Source of the DNA: an uncultured Planctomycetota bacterium
GTDB lineage: Bacteria; Planctomycetota; Planctomycetia; Isosphaerales; Isosphaeraceae
NCBI GenBank assembly: GCA_963761445.1
Contig: CAVXHV010000018.1
Span: 545,359-577,358 of the forward strand
DNA: 32,000 bases
Direction: 5' to 3'
Both the position numbers and the translations under genes were made by a program. Shown here in pieces: positions 16,399-24,014 of this stretch. The number at the start of each line of letters is the position of its first letter. Position 1 is the first letter of the stretch. The notes beneath the pieces were generated by a model, which saw nothing but the letters and a program-made list of their open reading frames with translations, did no database searches and was not told the DNA's origin.

Positions 16399-16781
16399 GA
16401 CGACGATCGTCGCCAGCCGGGCGATGCGCGCGGCTCGCGCCAGCTCGGTAAATCGTTCAGGCTGTCGCCACCGATCAAGAAGAACAGGTCGTCCTCCGGC
16501 CGCTCGCGTGACACGTATTCCAGCGTCTCCACGCTGTAATGCGGGCCGGGCCGTATCGCCTCGATCTCCGAGACCGCAAACGACGGGTGGCCGGCGACCG
16601 CGATCCGCGCCATTTCGAGTCGATGAGCGACCGCTGTCCGCTCGCCGCGCTTGTGCGGTGGCTCGCCGGCCACCACAAACCAGACACGCTCGAGCTCACA
16701 ACTCTCGCGACACTGGTCCGCCAGGACGAGATGCCCCAGATGGATCGGGTCAAACGTGCCTCCGAAAATTCCCAGTCGCAT
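16395..16781 (-). CDS. nadD: Nicotinate-nucleotide adenylyltransferase, N-terminal fragment (apparent frameshift)
   Basis: ATG at 16781: MRLGIFGGTFDPIHLGHLVLADQCRE...VWFVVAGEPPHK...VSEIEAIRPGPHYSVETLEYV...FFLIGGDSLNDLPSWREPR, then junk and a stop at 16395. It carries the GxFxPxHxGH nucleotidyltransferase motif. Confidence 0.85.
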   Translation of the reverse strand: MRLGIFGGTFDPIHLGHLVLADQCRESCELERVWFVVAGEPPHKRGERTAVAHRLEMARIAVAGHPSFAVSEIEAIRPGPHYSVETLEYVSRERPEDDLFFLIGGDSLNDLPSWREPRASPGWRRSSS

Positions 16782-16973
16782 TTGCGAGAAACCCTCATGC
16801 GCCCGCCCGCTTGCGTGGAAAACGAATCGCCGCTGGGCGCCGTTTTGGCGTGGACAGACGCGCACTAAACGAGTGTATTAGATATTCAACGCGCCGTCAC
16901 TCAGGTCTTGGCCGGACTGCGTCACAATCGCTTTCCGCAGAACATCCCAACTCTACCGCGACAGGTCATCAGA

Positions 16974-19388
16974 ATGGATCCCGAGCCAGGCGACGGCCAG
17001 AAGCACTCTGGAGAAGAAGACCAGAGTCGCGGCTTGGCTCCGGGCCCTGTCCCAGGTGACGACAGTCTGATCGCCCTTCGCCAGGGAACGTGGTTTGGCA
17101 TCTCGGATGCCCCTCCTTTGCCTGCGGGTCCGTACGCGGGCGTCGTTTTCAACCGGCCGATCGAGCAGGTCCTGTCCTACCACGTCCCCAGCCGGCTCGA
17201 GCGGATCATCCGCCCCGGACAGCGCCTGCGAGTTCCCCTGGGCCAGGGCAATAAGCTCACGGTCGGCTATTGTGTGCGAGTGGATGATGCCGCGCCGGCT
17301 GACCTCGATTCCGCGCGGATCAAGGATGTCGTGGAGGTGCTTGATCCGTCGCCGCTCATCGATTCCAAAATGCTGGCCCTCACGCGGTGGATGGCCGACT
17401 ACTACGCATGCTCCTGGGGGCAAGCGCTCGACGCCGCCGTGCCCGCCGGTGTCAAGAAGCATGCCGGGACTCGGATCGCCACTTTCTTGACGGTGCCCGA
17501 GGAAGTGCGCGAAGCGCTCGTGGCCGGCAAGATCGACCCACCGCTGACCCCCAAGCAGTCCGCCGTGATGGACGTGCTCCTCCGCGGCGATTTGCTGAGT
17601 GTCGGCGACGTATGCCGGCGGGCGAAATGCGCGCCGGGGCTTGTCCATGCCCTGCGCGGCCGCGGGTTGGTGCGTCCGGTGCGGAAGCGGCTTCCGGTCG
17701 GACTCGCGGGGGCGACCGCGGCTCGTGCCACTGATCCACTGCTCGATTCGGGCGCCCCCCCGGCCACAGACCGCGAAGAGCCGTTGACCTTGACCGCGGA
17801 ACAAGAAGCGGCACTGGTGCGGCTCGAAGCGGCGATCGCTGCGGGCAGCTTCGGTCCGTTCTTGATTCACGGAGTCACCGGCAGCGGAAAGACCGAGGTG
17901 TATCTGAGGGCGATTGAACAGGTGGTGGCGCAGGGACGTGAGGTGATCGTTCTGGTGCCCGAGATCAGCCTGACGCCGCAGACGATCGAGCGCTTCAGCC
18001 GGCGGTTCGGCAAGGTGTCCGTGCTGCATAGCCACCTTTCCGACGCAGAGCGCCACCGCTACTGGCAGAGCATCGCCTCCGGCGAGGTCCAGGTGATCGT
18101 GGGTGCGCGCTCGGCCGTCTTCGCGCCGGCCCGGCGACTGGGCTTGATCGTCATCGACGAAGAGCACGAAAGCACGTTCAAACAGGAGACTACCCCGCGA
18201 TACCACGCGCGCGACGTCGGCGTCAAGCGCGCCCAGTTGGAGGGGATTCCGGTGCTCCTGGGCTCGGCGACGCCCTCGCTCGAATCGTGGCAAAACGCCC
18301 AGCTCGGCCGATATTCCCTGGTCTCAATGCCGTTTCGAGTCAGCGGCCGGTCCCTGCCGGGAGTCGAAATCATCGACTTGCGGCACGAGAAGACGGCTCT
18401 TGGGTGCTTGAGCCAGCCGCTGCGCCAGGCGATGCACGACTCACTCTCTGCCGGCGGCCAGGTGATCCTGCTTTTGAACCGCCGGGGTTTCCATACCTTC
18501 GCTCTCTGTCCGCGATGCGGCGAAGTCGTCAAGTGCCATGCGTGCGACGTGGCGACGACGTACCATAAAAAACGCCACATTTTGATTTGCCACACCTGCG
18601 ATGCCGAACGCCCCTGCCCGCAGGCATGCCCGGGCTGTGGCGCGCCCAAACTTTACTATGGGGGCATCGGCACCGAGCGGCTCGAGCGCGAGATAGAGCT
18701 CGCGTTTCCGGGCGTTGCCTCGCGCCGGATGGATTCCGACACGATGCGCGGCAGCGGTAGCCACGAACGCGTGCTCAGGGCGTTCCAGACCGGTCAGGTC
18801 CGGATCTTGCTTGGCACCCAGATGATCGCCAAAGGGCTCGATTTTCCCAACGTCACCCTGGTGGGCGTCGTCAGCGCCGATACGGCGCTTCATTTGCCGG
18901 ATTTCCGCGCCGCCGAGAGGACGTTTCAGCTCATGGCACAAGTCGCGGGCCGAACCGGAAGGGGAGATCGACCCGGACGCGTGATCGTGCAGACCTTTTC
19001 ACCGGAGCACCCCGCGATTCAGCTCGCGGCCCGTCACGATTTCGTGGGATTTGCTCAAATCGAGCTGCCAGTCCGGAAAGCGTTCGGTGTTCCACCCTAC
19101 GGCAGACTGCTGCGGGTGATCGCGCGGGGCAGCAATGAAGCAAGCGTTCGATCATACATGGACGAATTGGGCGAGGCGTTCGCCTCCGAGTCTGACCCCT
19201 CCGTGCGGATCTTGGGCCCGGCGCCGGCGCCGGTCAAGAAGATTCGCAATCTCCATCGGTTCCATCTCCAGCTTCGTTGCCCGAACTCGAAGCCGCTCAA
19301 GCTGTTGGCAGGCGTGATACCACGCCGCTATCCGCCGCCGGAAGGTGTCGAGGTTGCCGTCGACGTCGATCCGATCTCCATGCTTTGA
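16974..19388 (+). CDS. priA: Primosomal replication-restart helicase PriA
   Basis: Motifs seen: YAGVVFNRPIEQVLSYHVP, LIHGVTGSGKTEVY (Walker A), VIDEEH, and the Cys-rich zinc region CPRCGEVVKCHACDVATTYHKKRHILICHTCDAERPCPQACPGCG. I chose the ATG at 16974; the ORF is open from TTG 16908. Confidence 0.9.
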   Translation: MDPEPGDGQKHSGEEDQSRGLAPGPVPGDDSLIALRQGTWFGISDAPPLPAGPYAGVVFNRPIEQVLSYHVPSRLERIIRPGQRLRVPLGQGNKLTVGYCVRVDDAAPADLDSARIKDVVEVLDPSPLIDSKMLALTRWMADYYACSWGQALDAAVPAGVKKHAGTRIATFLTVPEEVREALVAGKIDPPLTPKQSAVMDVLLRGDLLSVGDVCRRAKCAPGLVHALRGRGLVRPVRKRLPVGLAGATAARATDPLLDSGAPPATDREEPLTLTAEQEAALVRLEAAIAAGSFGPFLIHGVTGSGKTEVYLRAIEQVVAQGREVIVLVPEISLTPQTIERFSRRFGKVSVLHSHLSDAERHRYWQSIASGEVQVIVGARSAVFAPARRLGLIVIDEEHESTFKQETTPRYHARDVGVKRAQLEGIPVLLGSATPSLESWQNAQLGRYSLVSMPFRVSGRSLPGVEIIDLRHEKTALGCLSQPLRQAMHDSLSAGGQVILLLNRRGFHTFALCPRCGEVVKCHACDVATTYHKKRHILICHTCDAERPCPQACPGCGAPKLYYGGIGTERLEREIELAFPGVASRRMDSDTMRGSGSHERVLRAFQTGQVRILLGTQMIAKGLDFPNVTLVGVVSADTALHLPDFRAAERTFQLMAQVAGRTGRGDRPGRVIVQTFSPEHPAIQLAARHDFVGFAQIELPVRKAFGVPPYGRLLRVIARGSNEASVRSYMDELGEAFASESDPSVRILGPAPAPVKKIRNLHRFHLQLRCPNSKPLKLLAGVIPRRYPPPEGVEVAVDVDPISML

Positions 19389-19453
19389 GCGGATGCGACG
19401 ACCGTCCGCCGCCGGCCAATCCAGAATTCCTCCGATATTTCACTAAAGTTCGA

Positions 19454-19482
19454 TTTACAAGATTGCCGCCAGCGGTTATTTT
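19454..19482 (+). promoter_or_regulatory. Sigma-70-like promoter candidate: TTTACA - 17 nt - TATTTT
   Basis: It sits in an AT-richer patch of the 452-nt priA/PEP-CTERM intergenic region. The hexamers and the 17-nt spacing were read directly. The promoter consensus of this lineage is not known to me. Confidence 0.3.
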
Positions 19483-19517
19483 GCCGCCCGTTCGTTCACA
19501 CCCAGGATTCGTGACGG

Positions 19518-19539
19518 GGAAGCTTATGGACAAGCTTCC
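19518..19539 (+). other. Perfect 8-bp stem / 6-nt loop hairpin GGAAGCTT-ATGGAC-AAGCTTCC
   Basis: Read directly from the sequence. There is no T-run after it, so it is not a classical terminator. It lies within the putative long leader of the PEP-CTERM gene. Confidence 0.3.
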
Positions 19540-19808
19540 GCCAGTTCGGGCAGGGAGGCCGGGTATGCGAACAAGTCACTTTCGGCTTCCGTCTCCTGAT
19601 ACTCCAGGTCGCGACGATCCGGGCTCGGCCGCATGGTTGGTGCGGGCCCCGGCTGGTGTTGTGAGAGCCGCCATCCGTGTCGTTCGTTCAACCGGTTGCC
19701 GGGATCGGTCTTTCCCGGATTAACAGGGAGTCGGTCCGGAGCACTTCGGCCCCGGGGGAACGCCACACTTCACTTCCAGACGAAGACGTTGCGAAGTCGC
19801 CTAACGGA

Positions 19809-19833
19809 ATGCGACTATCCCATCGGTATTCAG
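19809..19833 (+). repeat. 25-nt repeat, copy A (ATGCGACTATCCCATCGGTATTCAG), directly upstream of the PEP-CTERM gene SD
   Basis: Read directly from the sequence. Its partner at 21159-21183 is the reverse complement with a single mismatch at the central base. Confidence 0.9.
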
Positions 19834-19840
19834 GAGGATC

Positions 19841-20545
19841 ATGATGCAGATGACACAGGGGTGGACCAGGCTACGAATCGTGGCCATCGCCCTGGGGCTG
19901 TTCACCTCGGCCACCGCAGGCGCAAAGGCCGACGGTATTCTGACCTACAGCACCTCGGGATACGTCAACGGGTCGACCGGAGTTTCGACCATGCTCGACG
20001 GCACAACCGTGGCTCCGACCACGAATGCGATCACGTACGCGTCCGTCAACAACACCACCGTTGACACGATCTCAAACCTGGCTCTTGGTGAATTCCAGGT
20101 GGCGCCGCTGGCTGCCAATATGACGACCACCTATACCAATACGCCATTCAGCTTCACGCTGATTCCCTCGGCCTACAATGGGGCAGCACTTTCCAACTTC
20201 ACGCCCCTGACGATCACCGGCGTGTTGAATGGAATGCTCACAGGTAGCACGCAGTCGAGTGTGATTGCCACGATCAGCTCGATTTCAGAAAACACTTTCC
20301 AGCTCGGCGGTGCGACGAGCACGCTGGCTGGCCTGCCGAATCAGGTGCTGCTCGTGCCCAACTCGGGCCCCAACTCGAACGGTGGCGTAACCACGCTGGA
20401 AGCCGCGATCAACACAGTCGGGACAGTGAATCCTGCCCAGGCGCCCGTGCCCGAGCCCAGCACCATCGCGTTGTTCCTGACCACGGTGGGCGGTCTGGCC
20501 CTTCGGAGATACGTTGTGGCCCGGCGCCCCCGCGCCCTGGCCTGA
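19841..20545 (+). CDS. PEP-CTERM sorting-domain protein (secreted, Thr/Ser/Asn-rich)
   Basis: AGGAGG lies 4 nt upstream of the ATG. The signal peptide is RLRIVAIALGLFTSATAGAKA. The C-terminus PVPEPSTIALFLTTVGGLALRRYVVARR has the PEP motif, a TM helix and a basic tail. Confidence 0.85.
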   Translation: MMQMTQGWTRLRIVAIALGLFTSATAGAKADGILTYSTSGYVNGSTGVSTMLDGTTVAPTTNAITYASVNNTTVDTISNLALGEFQVAPLAANMTTTYTNTPFSFTLIPSAYNGAALSNFTPLTITGVLNGMLTGSTQSSVIATISSISENTFQLGGATSTLAGLPNQVLLVPNSGPNSNGGVTTLEAAINTVGTVNPAQAPVPEPSTIALFLTTVGGLALRRYVVARRPRALA

Positions 20546-20651
20546 CTTGAAACGGGAGACGAAAGTCTCTCGCCCCCCGGAGAGCGGATCGAGCCGAGTT
20601 GACTGCTCGCCGCTTTCCCCCGGAATCCCTCGATCGAATCGATCACACCCC

Positions 20652-20687
20652 GGCCCTCGGCCGCGCCAGCGTCCGAGGGTCTTTTTC
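20652..20687 (+). terminator. Candidate intrinsic terminator downstream of the PEP-CTERM gene
   Basis: CCCTCGG (20654-20660) pairs perfectly with CCGAGGG (20673-20679) across a 12-nt loop, followed by TCTTTTTC. Confidence 0.45.
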
Positions 20688-20699
20688 GTTGAGTTCGAG

Positions 20700-21251
20700 T
20701 CAACGGCTACCGCCGGGTTTTTCCGTCCTGCCCTGTTGGAGCTCCGCGACTTTGCGCTCGAGCTCGCTCAAGCGCCCAAGGAGCGCGGCTTTCTCGGCCG
20801 CTTCCTTATCCATGATCTTCATCTCGTATTCCGCTTCGAGATGACGCTGGCGAGCTTCACTCAGGTCGGCGATCGTTCCCCTACCCACCTGAATCTCGGC
20901 ATCCTCGCGCTTCGCGATCTCCTCGAGAATGCTCACGTGGCGCTTCCGTATCTCCGCGCGGTCCGCGTCGGTCTTGGCGGCAAACAGCTCCGCCTTCTCG
21001 AGGCGCTCCAGACCATCAATAAAACGGTCAACTGTCATGCGCCCTTCTTCGTAATAAGCCTTCTGCGCATCGACCCGCGCGGGCTGCGGCAAGTAGCTTG
21101 GCAAGCTGCGGATCAACATCAACCGGCCTGCGAAGTGCGCCAGTCGTCGGCTTTCGTACTGAATACCGATCGGATAGTCGCATCTCTCCGCCGCTTTCGT
21201 CGGCAGCCGGTTTGGGGTCCTGCGCATGAGTTCTTCCCAGGAGCAGAGCAC
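20700..21251 (-). CDS. Coiled-coil domain ORF; probably the C-terminal extension of the sigma-factor gene 21028..22164 (frame change), or else a separate gene
   Basis: VDAQKAYYEEGRMTVDRFIDGLERLEKAELFAAKTDADRAEIRKRHVSILEEIAKREDAEIQVGRGTIADLSEARQRHLEAEYEM...LSELERKVAELQQG is clearly coding. The first ~60 codons of the listed ORF are of uncertain status. Confidence 0.6.
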   Translation of the reverse strand: MLCSWEELMRRTPNRLPTKAAERCDYPIGIQYESRRLAHFAGRLMLIRSLPSYLPQPARVDAQKAYYEEGRMTVDRFIDGLERLEKAELFAAKTDADRAEIRKRHVSILEEIAKREDAEIQVGRGTIADLSEARQRHLEAEYEMKIMDKEAAEKAALLGRLSELERKVAELQQGRTEKPGGSR

Positions 21252-22164
21252 CGCCCCCCGTGGTTGCGATCCCTAACGATAGGACGACACATCCGGCGAT
21301 CGTCAGTTTCTTGAGCAGCATGGTCGTGAGTACTCCCTGGGCCAGTTCCGCCGCGGCCACCGGCAACGAGCCAGCGGCGGCGGACTGGCCGAATGTGAAT
21401 TGTGTTGCCGTGCGGGCCACGGATGAGGCGAGCTGCTCCGGTAGAACCGCTGATGCGGCCGCCGCCGCTGACGCAGCCGCATCACCGACAAGCCAGGCGG
21501 CCAGGGGCCCGATGGCCGAGGGGGCCGAGATACCGCGGCGGGTCAATCGGAACCGAAGCGTGCTCCTTGCCCGCGAAAGCCGGCTGCGAACGGTCCCCAC
21601 CGGACAGCCCAGCCGCGTAGCAGCCTCCTCGTGGGTCAACCCCTCGAGGTAACAGAGAACGACCGGCGATCGGTACTTCTCGGGCAGCCGGCCAACCTCC
21701 TGATGCACCACCGCCGCGCCGTCGGCTCGTTCGATAGACGCACCGGCGCGTGACTCGAGCAGAGGCAGCACGACAGAACGCACCGCCCCGAGTACCCGTC
21801 GGTCGCGAATCTCCCGCCGGATCGAATTGGCCCGTCCCCGCGCCGCGACCCGGAGAGCGACCCCGTACAGCCAGCTCCCGACGCATTCCCGATCACGGAT
21901 CGCGCCAGCCCGGCGCGCCAGCACGAGGAAGGTCGCCTGAAACGCGTCGTGTAGTGCCAAGGGATCGGTCAGAAAATGCCGGCACACGCCCAGCACCATC
22001 GGCCCGTGCCGCGTTACCAGCGCCTCGAACGCCTGCTCACCGTGTTCCCCTCCGACTTCTTGGAATCGGTCGATCAACTCGCCGTCGGTCATCCCCGCGC
22101 ATGTGCCGACATCAAAGAGAGCTTGCAGATCGCCCGTCAGGCCTCGCGAAGATGAACCTGGCAT
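21028..22164 (-). CDS. ECF-type sigma factor (extended class) with a C-terminal TM helix
   Basis: DLQALFDVGTCAGMTDGELIDRF...AFEALVTRHGPMVLGVCRHFL...DAFQATFLVLARRAGAI...VGSWLYGVALRVAARGR...LPEKYRSPVVLCYLEGLTHEEAATRLGCPVGTVRSRLSRARSTLRFRL. The TM helix is LTIAGCVVLSLGIATTGGGALLLG. The last ~15 codons (GRCAEGLLRRRAHDS) look out of frame. Confidence 0.85.
   Translation of the reverse strand: MPGSSSRGLTGDLQALFDVGTCAGMTDGELIDRFQEVGGEHGEQAFEALVTRHGPMVLGVCRHFLTDPLALHDAFQATFLVLARRAGAIRDRECVGSWLYGVALRVAARGRANSIRREIRDRRVLGAVRSVVLPLLESRAGASIERADGAAVVHQEVGRLPEKYRSPVVLCYLEGLTHEEAATRLGCPVGTVRSRLSRARSTLRFRLTRRGISAPSAIGPLAAWLVGDAAASAAAAASAVLPEQLASSVARTATQFTFGQSAAAGSLPVAAAELAQGVLTTMLLKKLTIAGCVVLSLGIATTGGGALLLGRTHAQDPKPAADESGGEMRLSDRYSVRKPTTGALRRPVDVDPQLAKLLAAARAGRCAEGLLRRRAHDS
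21159..21183 (-). repeat. 25-nt repeat, copy B (minus strand reads ATGCGACTATCCGATCGGTATTCAG), inside the sigma-factor extension coding region
   Basis: Read directly from the sequence. It is 24/25 identical to copy A in inverted orientation. On the plus strand both copies have C at the centre. Confidence 0.9.
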
Positions 22165-22338
22165 GGCACCTCAACCCCTTCCCGCGCACTGAAGTCACTC
22201 TCCCGCAATAGTGCACCTGAAGTTGGTTTTCCGATCTGGTTTTTTCAGATTTGCGCAAGTCGCACTCGCGTTGGCAGTTGCTTTCGCTCACAGCATGCCG
22301 CGCGGCAAGAGCGTGCTCCCTACGCTACCGCCGCAGCG

Positions 22339-23979
22339 TCACCCGCTCCGGCCGGCTTTCATCTTCCGGAACCGATCTATCAGCGCATTGGTCGAGCTGT
22401 CATGACCGAGCTTCGCCTCGTCCTTGCTTTGCAGCTCGGGAATGATTTTCTTCGCCAGCGCTTTGCCGAGCTCGACGCCCCACTGGTCGAACGAGTTGAT
22501 CTCCCAGATCGTTCCCTGGGTGAACACGCTGTGTTCGTAAAGCGCGACCAGTGAACCCAGCACTTCCGGAGTGAGCCGCTCGCCCAGGATCACGTTCGTC
22601 GGCCGGTTGCCTTCAAACGTGCGGTGGGGGATCAGGAAATCGTCGACGCCCTCAGCCTTGAGCTGTTCGGCCGTCTTGCCGAACGCGAGCGCCTCGGCCT
22701 GAGCAAAGACGTTCGACATCAGCAGGTCGTGGTGGTCGCCCAACGGATTGAGCGAATGCCCGAACCCGATCAAGTCGCAGGGAATCAGCCGGGTTCCCTG
22801 ATGGATGAGCTGGTAGAACGAATGCTGGCCGTTCGTGCCGGGCTCGCCCCAGTAGACCGGCCCGGTCTGATACGCGACCCGCCGCCCGTCGAGCGTCACA
22901 CTCTTGCCGTTGCTCTCCATCGTCAACTGCTGAAGATAAGCCGGGAATCGCTTCAAGTACTGATCATATGGCAAAACGGCCGTCGTCTCCGCTCCCAGGA
23001 AGTCAGTGTACCAGACCGAAAGGAGCCCCATGAGCACCGGCAGATTCCGCTCGAATGGCGTCGTGCGAAAATGTTCGTCCATCGAGTGGAAGCCGTCGAG
23101 CATTCTCTGGAAATTGTCCGGGCCGATCGCGATCATCGTCGAGAGCCCGATCGCGGAATCCATCGAGTATCGCCCGCCGACCCAGTCCCAGAACCCGAAC
23201 ATGTTGGCCGTGTCGATCCCGAACTTGCTCACTTCGTCGTGATTGGTCGAAACCGCGACGAAATGGCGGGCCACCGCCTGTGAGTCTGCAAGCGCACGCA
23301 AGCTCCACTCGCGGGCCGTGCGGGCGTTGGTCATCGTCTCCAGCGTCGTGAATGTCTTGGACGAGATGATGAACAACGTTTCGGCCGGATCGAGGTCGAT
23401 CGTCGCCTCGGCGAAGTCGGTACCATCGACGTTCGACACGAAGCGGAACCGGAGCGCACGCTCGCTGTAATGCTTGAGCGCCTCATAAGCCATCACCGGC
23501 CCCAGGTCGGAGCCGCCGATGCCGATGTTGATGACGTTGCGGATCGGACGCCCGGTGTGGCCCTTCCATTCGCCACTCCTGATCCTCGAGGCAAACGTCG
23601 CCATCCGATCGAGCACCTCATGCACCTGCGGCACGACATCTTCGCCGTCGACCAGAATCGATTGTCCTCTCGGCGCGCGAAGCGCAACGTGCAGTACCGC
23701 GCGGCCCTCGGTGACGTTGATCTTCTCGCCCCGGAACATCGCGTCGATACGCTCGCGCAGCCCCGATTCCTCGGCGAGATTCTTGAGGAGGTGAAGGGTC
23801 TCATCGGTCACGCGATTCTTGGAATAGTCGAGGAAGAGACCGGCCCCGGAGGCGGTCAAGCGCTCGCCCCGGCCGGGGTCATCGTGGAATAAGCCGCGGA
23901 GATGCACCGCGATCGACTTCTGATGATGTTCTTCGAGTGCGCGCCAGGCCGGGCACTCGCGCAGAGGCTTCCGTATCAT
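22339..23979 (-). CDS. pgi: Glucose-6-phosphate isomerase
   Basis: ATG at 23979 ([20 protein letters not shown]...). Full-length PGI similarity: [68 protein letters not shown]. The 198 codons upstream in ORF 22339..24573 overlap pgm and are junk. Confidence 0.95.
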   Translation of the reverse strand: MIRKPLRECPAWRALEEHHQKSIAVHLRGLFHDDPGRGERLTASGAGLFLDYSKNRVTDETLHLLKNLAEESGLRERIDAMFRGEKINVTEGRAVLHVALRAPRGQSILVDGEDVVPQVHEVLDRMATFASRIRSGEWKGHTGRPIRNVINIGIGGSDLGPVMAYEALKHYSERALRFRFVSNVDGTDFAEATIDLDPAETLFIISSKTFTTLETMTNARTAREWSLRALADSQAVARHFVAVSTNHDEVSKFGIDTANMFGFWDWVGGRYSMDSAIGLSTMIAIGPDNFQRMLDGFHSMDEHFRTTPFERNLPVLMGLLSVWYTDFLGAETTAVLPYDQYLKRFPAYLQQLTMESNGKSVTLDGRRVAYQTGPVYWGEPGTNGQHSFYQLIHQGTRLIPCDLIGFGHSLNPLGDHHDLLMSNVFAQAEALAFGKTAEQLKAEGVDDFLIPHRTFEGNRPTNVILGERLTPEVLGSLVALYEHSVFTQGTIWEINSFDQWGVELGKALAKKIIPELQSKDEAKLGHDSSTNALIDRFRKMKAGRSG

Positions 23980-24014
23980 CGTCGGGCTCCAGGTGCAGGG
24001 ATGGTCTCGGGCCG

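Noticed and set aside
16253-17059. 268-aa plus-strand ORF spanning nadD and the nadD/priA promoter region
   Set aside because: It is extremely Arg-rich junk and lies antisense to the conserved nadD sequence.
16953-18293. 446-aa minus-strand ORF inside priA
   Set aside because: It is an antisense GC-bias artefact. The priA frame carries Walker A, DEEH and the zinc-finger region.
20514-21314. 266-aa plus-strand ORF opposite the coiled-coil/sigma gene. The same applies to the long plus-strand ORFs opposite pgi, pgm, glgP, the histidine phosphatase gene and ackA: 22624..23283, 23937..24662, 24626..25510, 26460..27269, 27348..27902, 28340..29218 and 29468..30076
   Set aside because: All lie antisense to genes with strong family similarity. 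Their composition is typical of GC-rich antisense frames.
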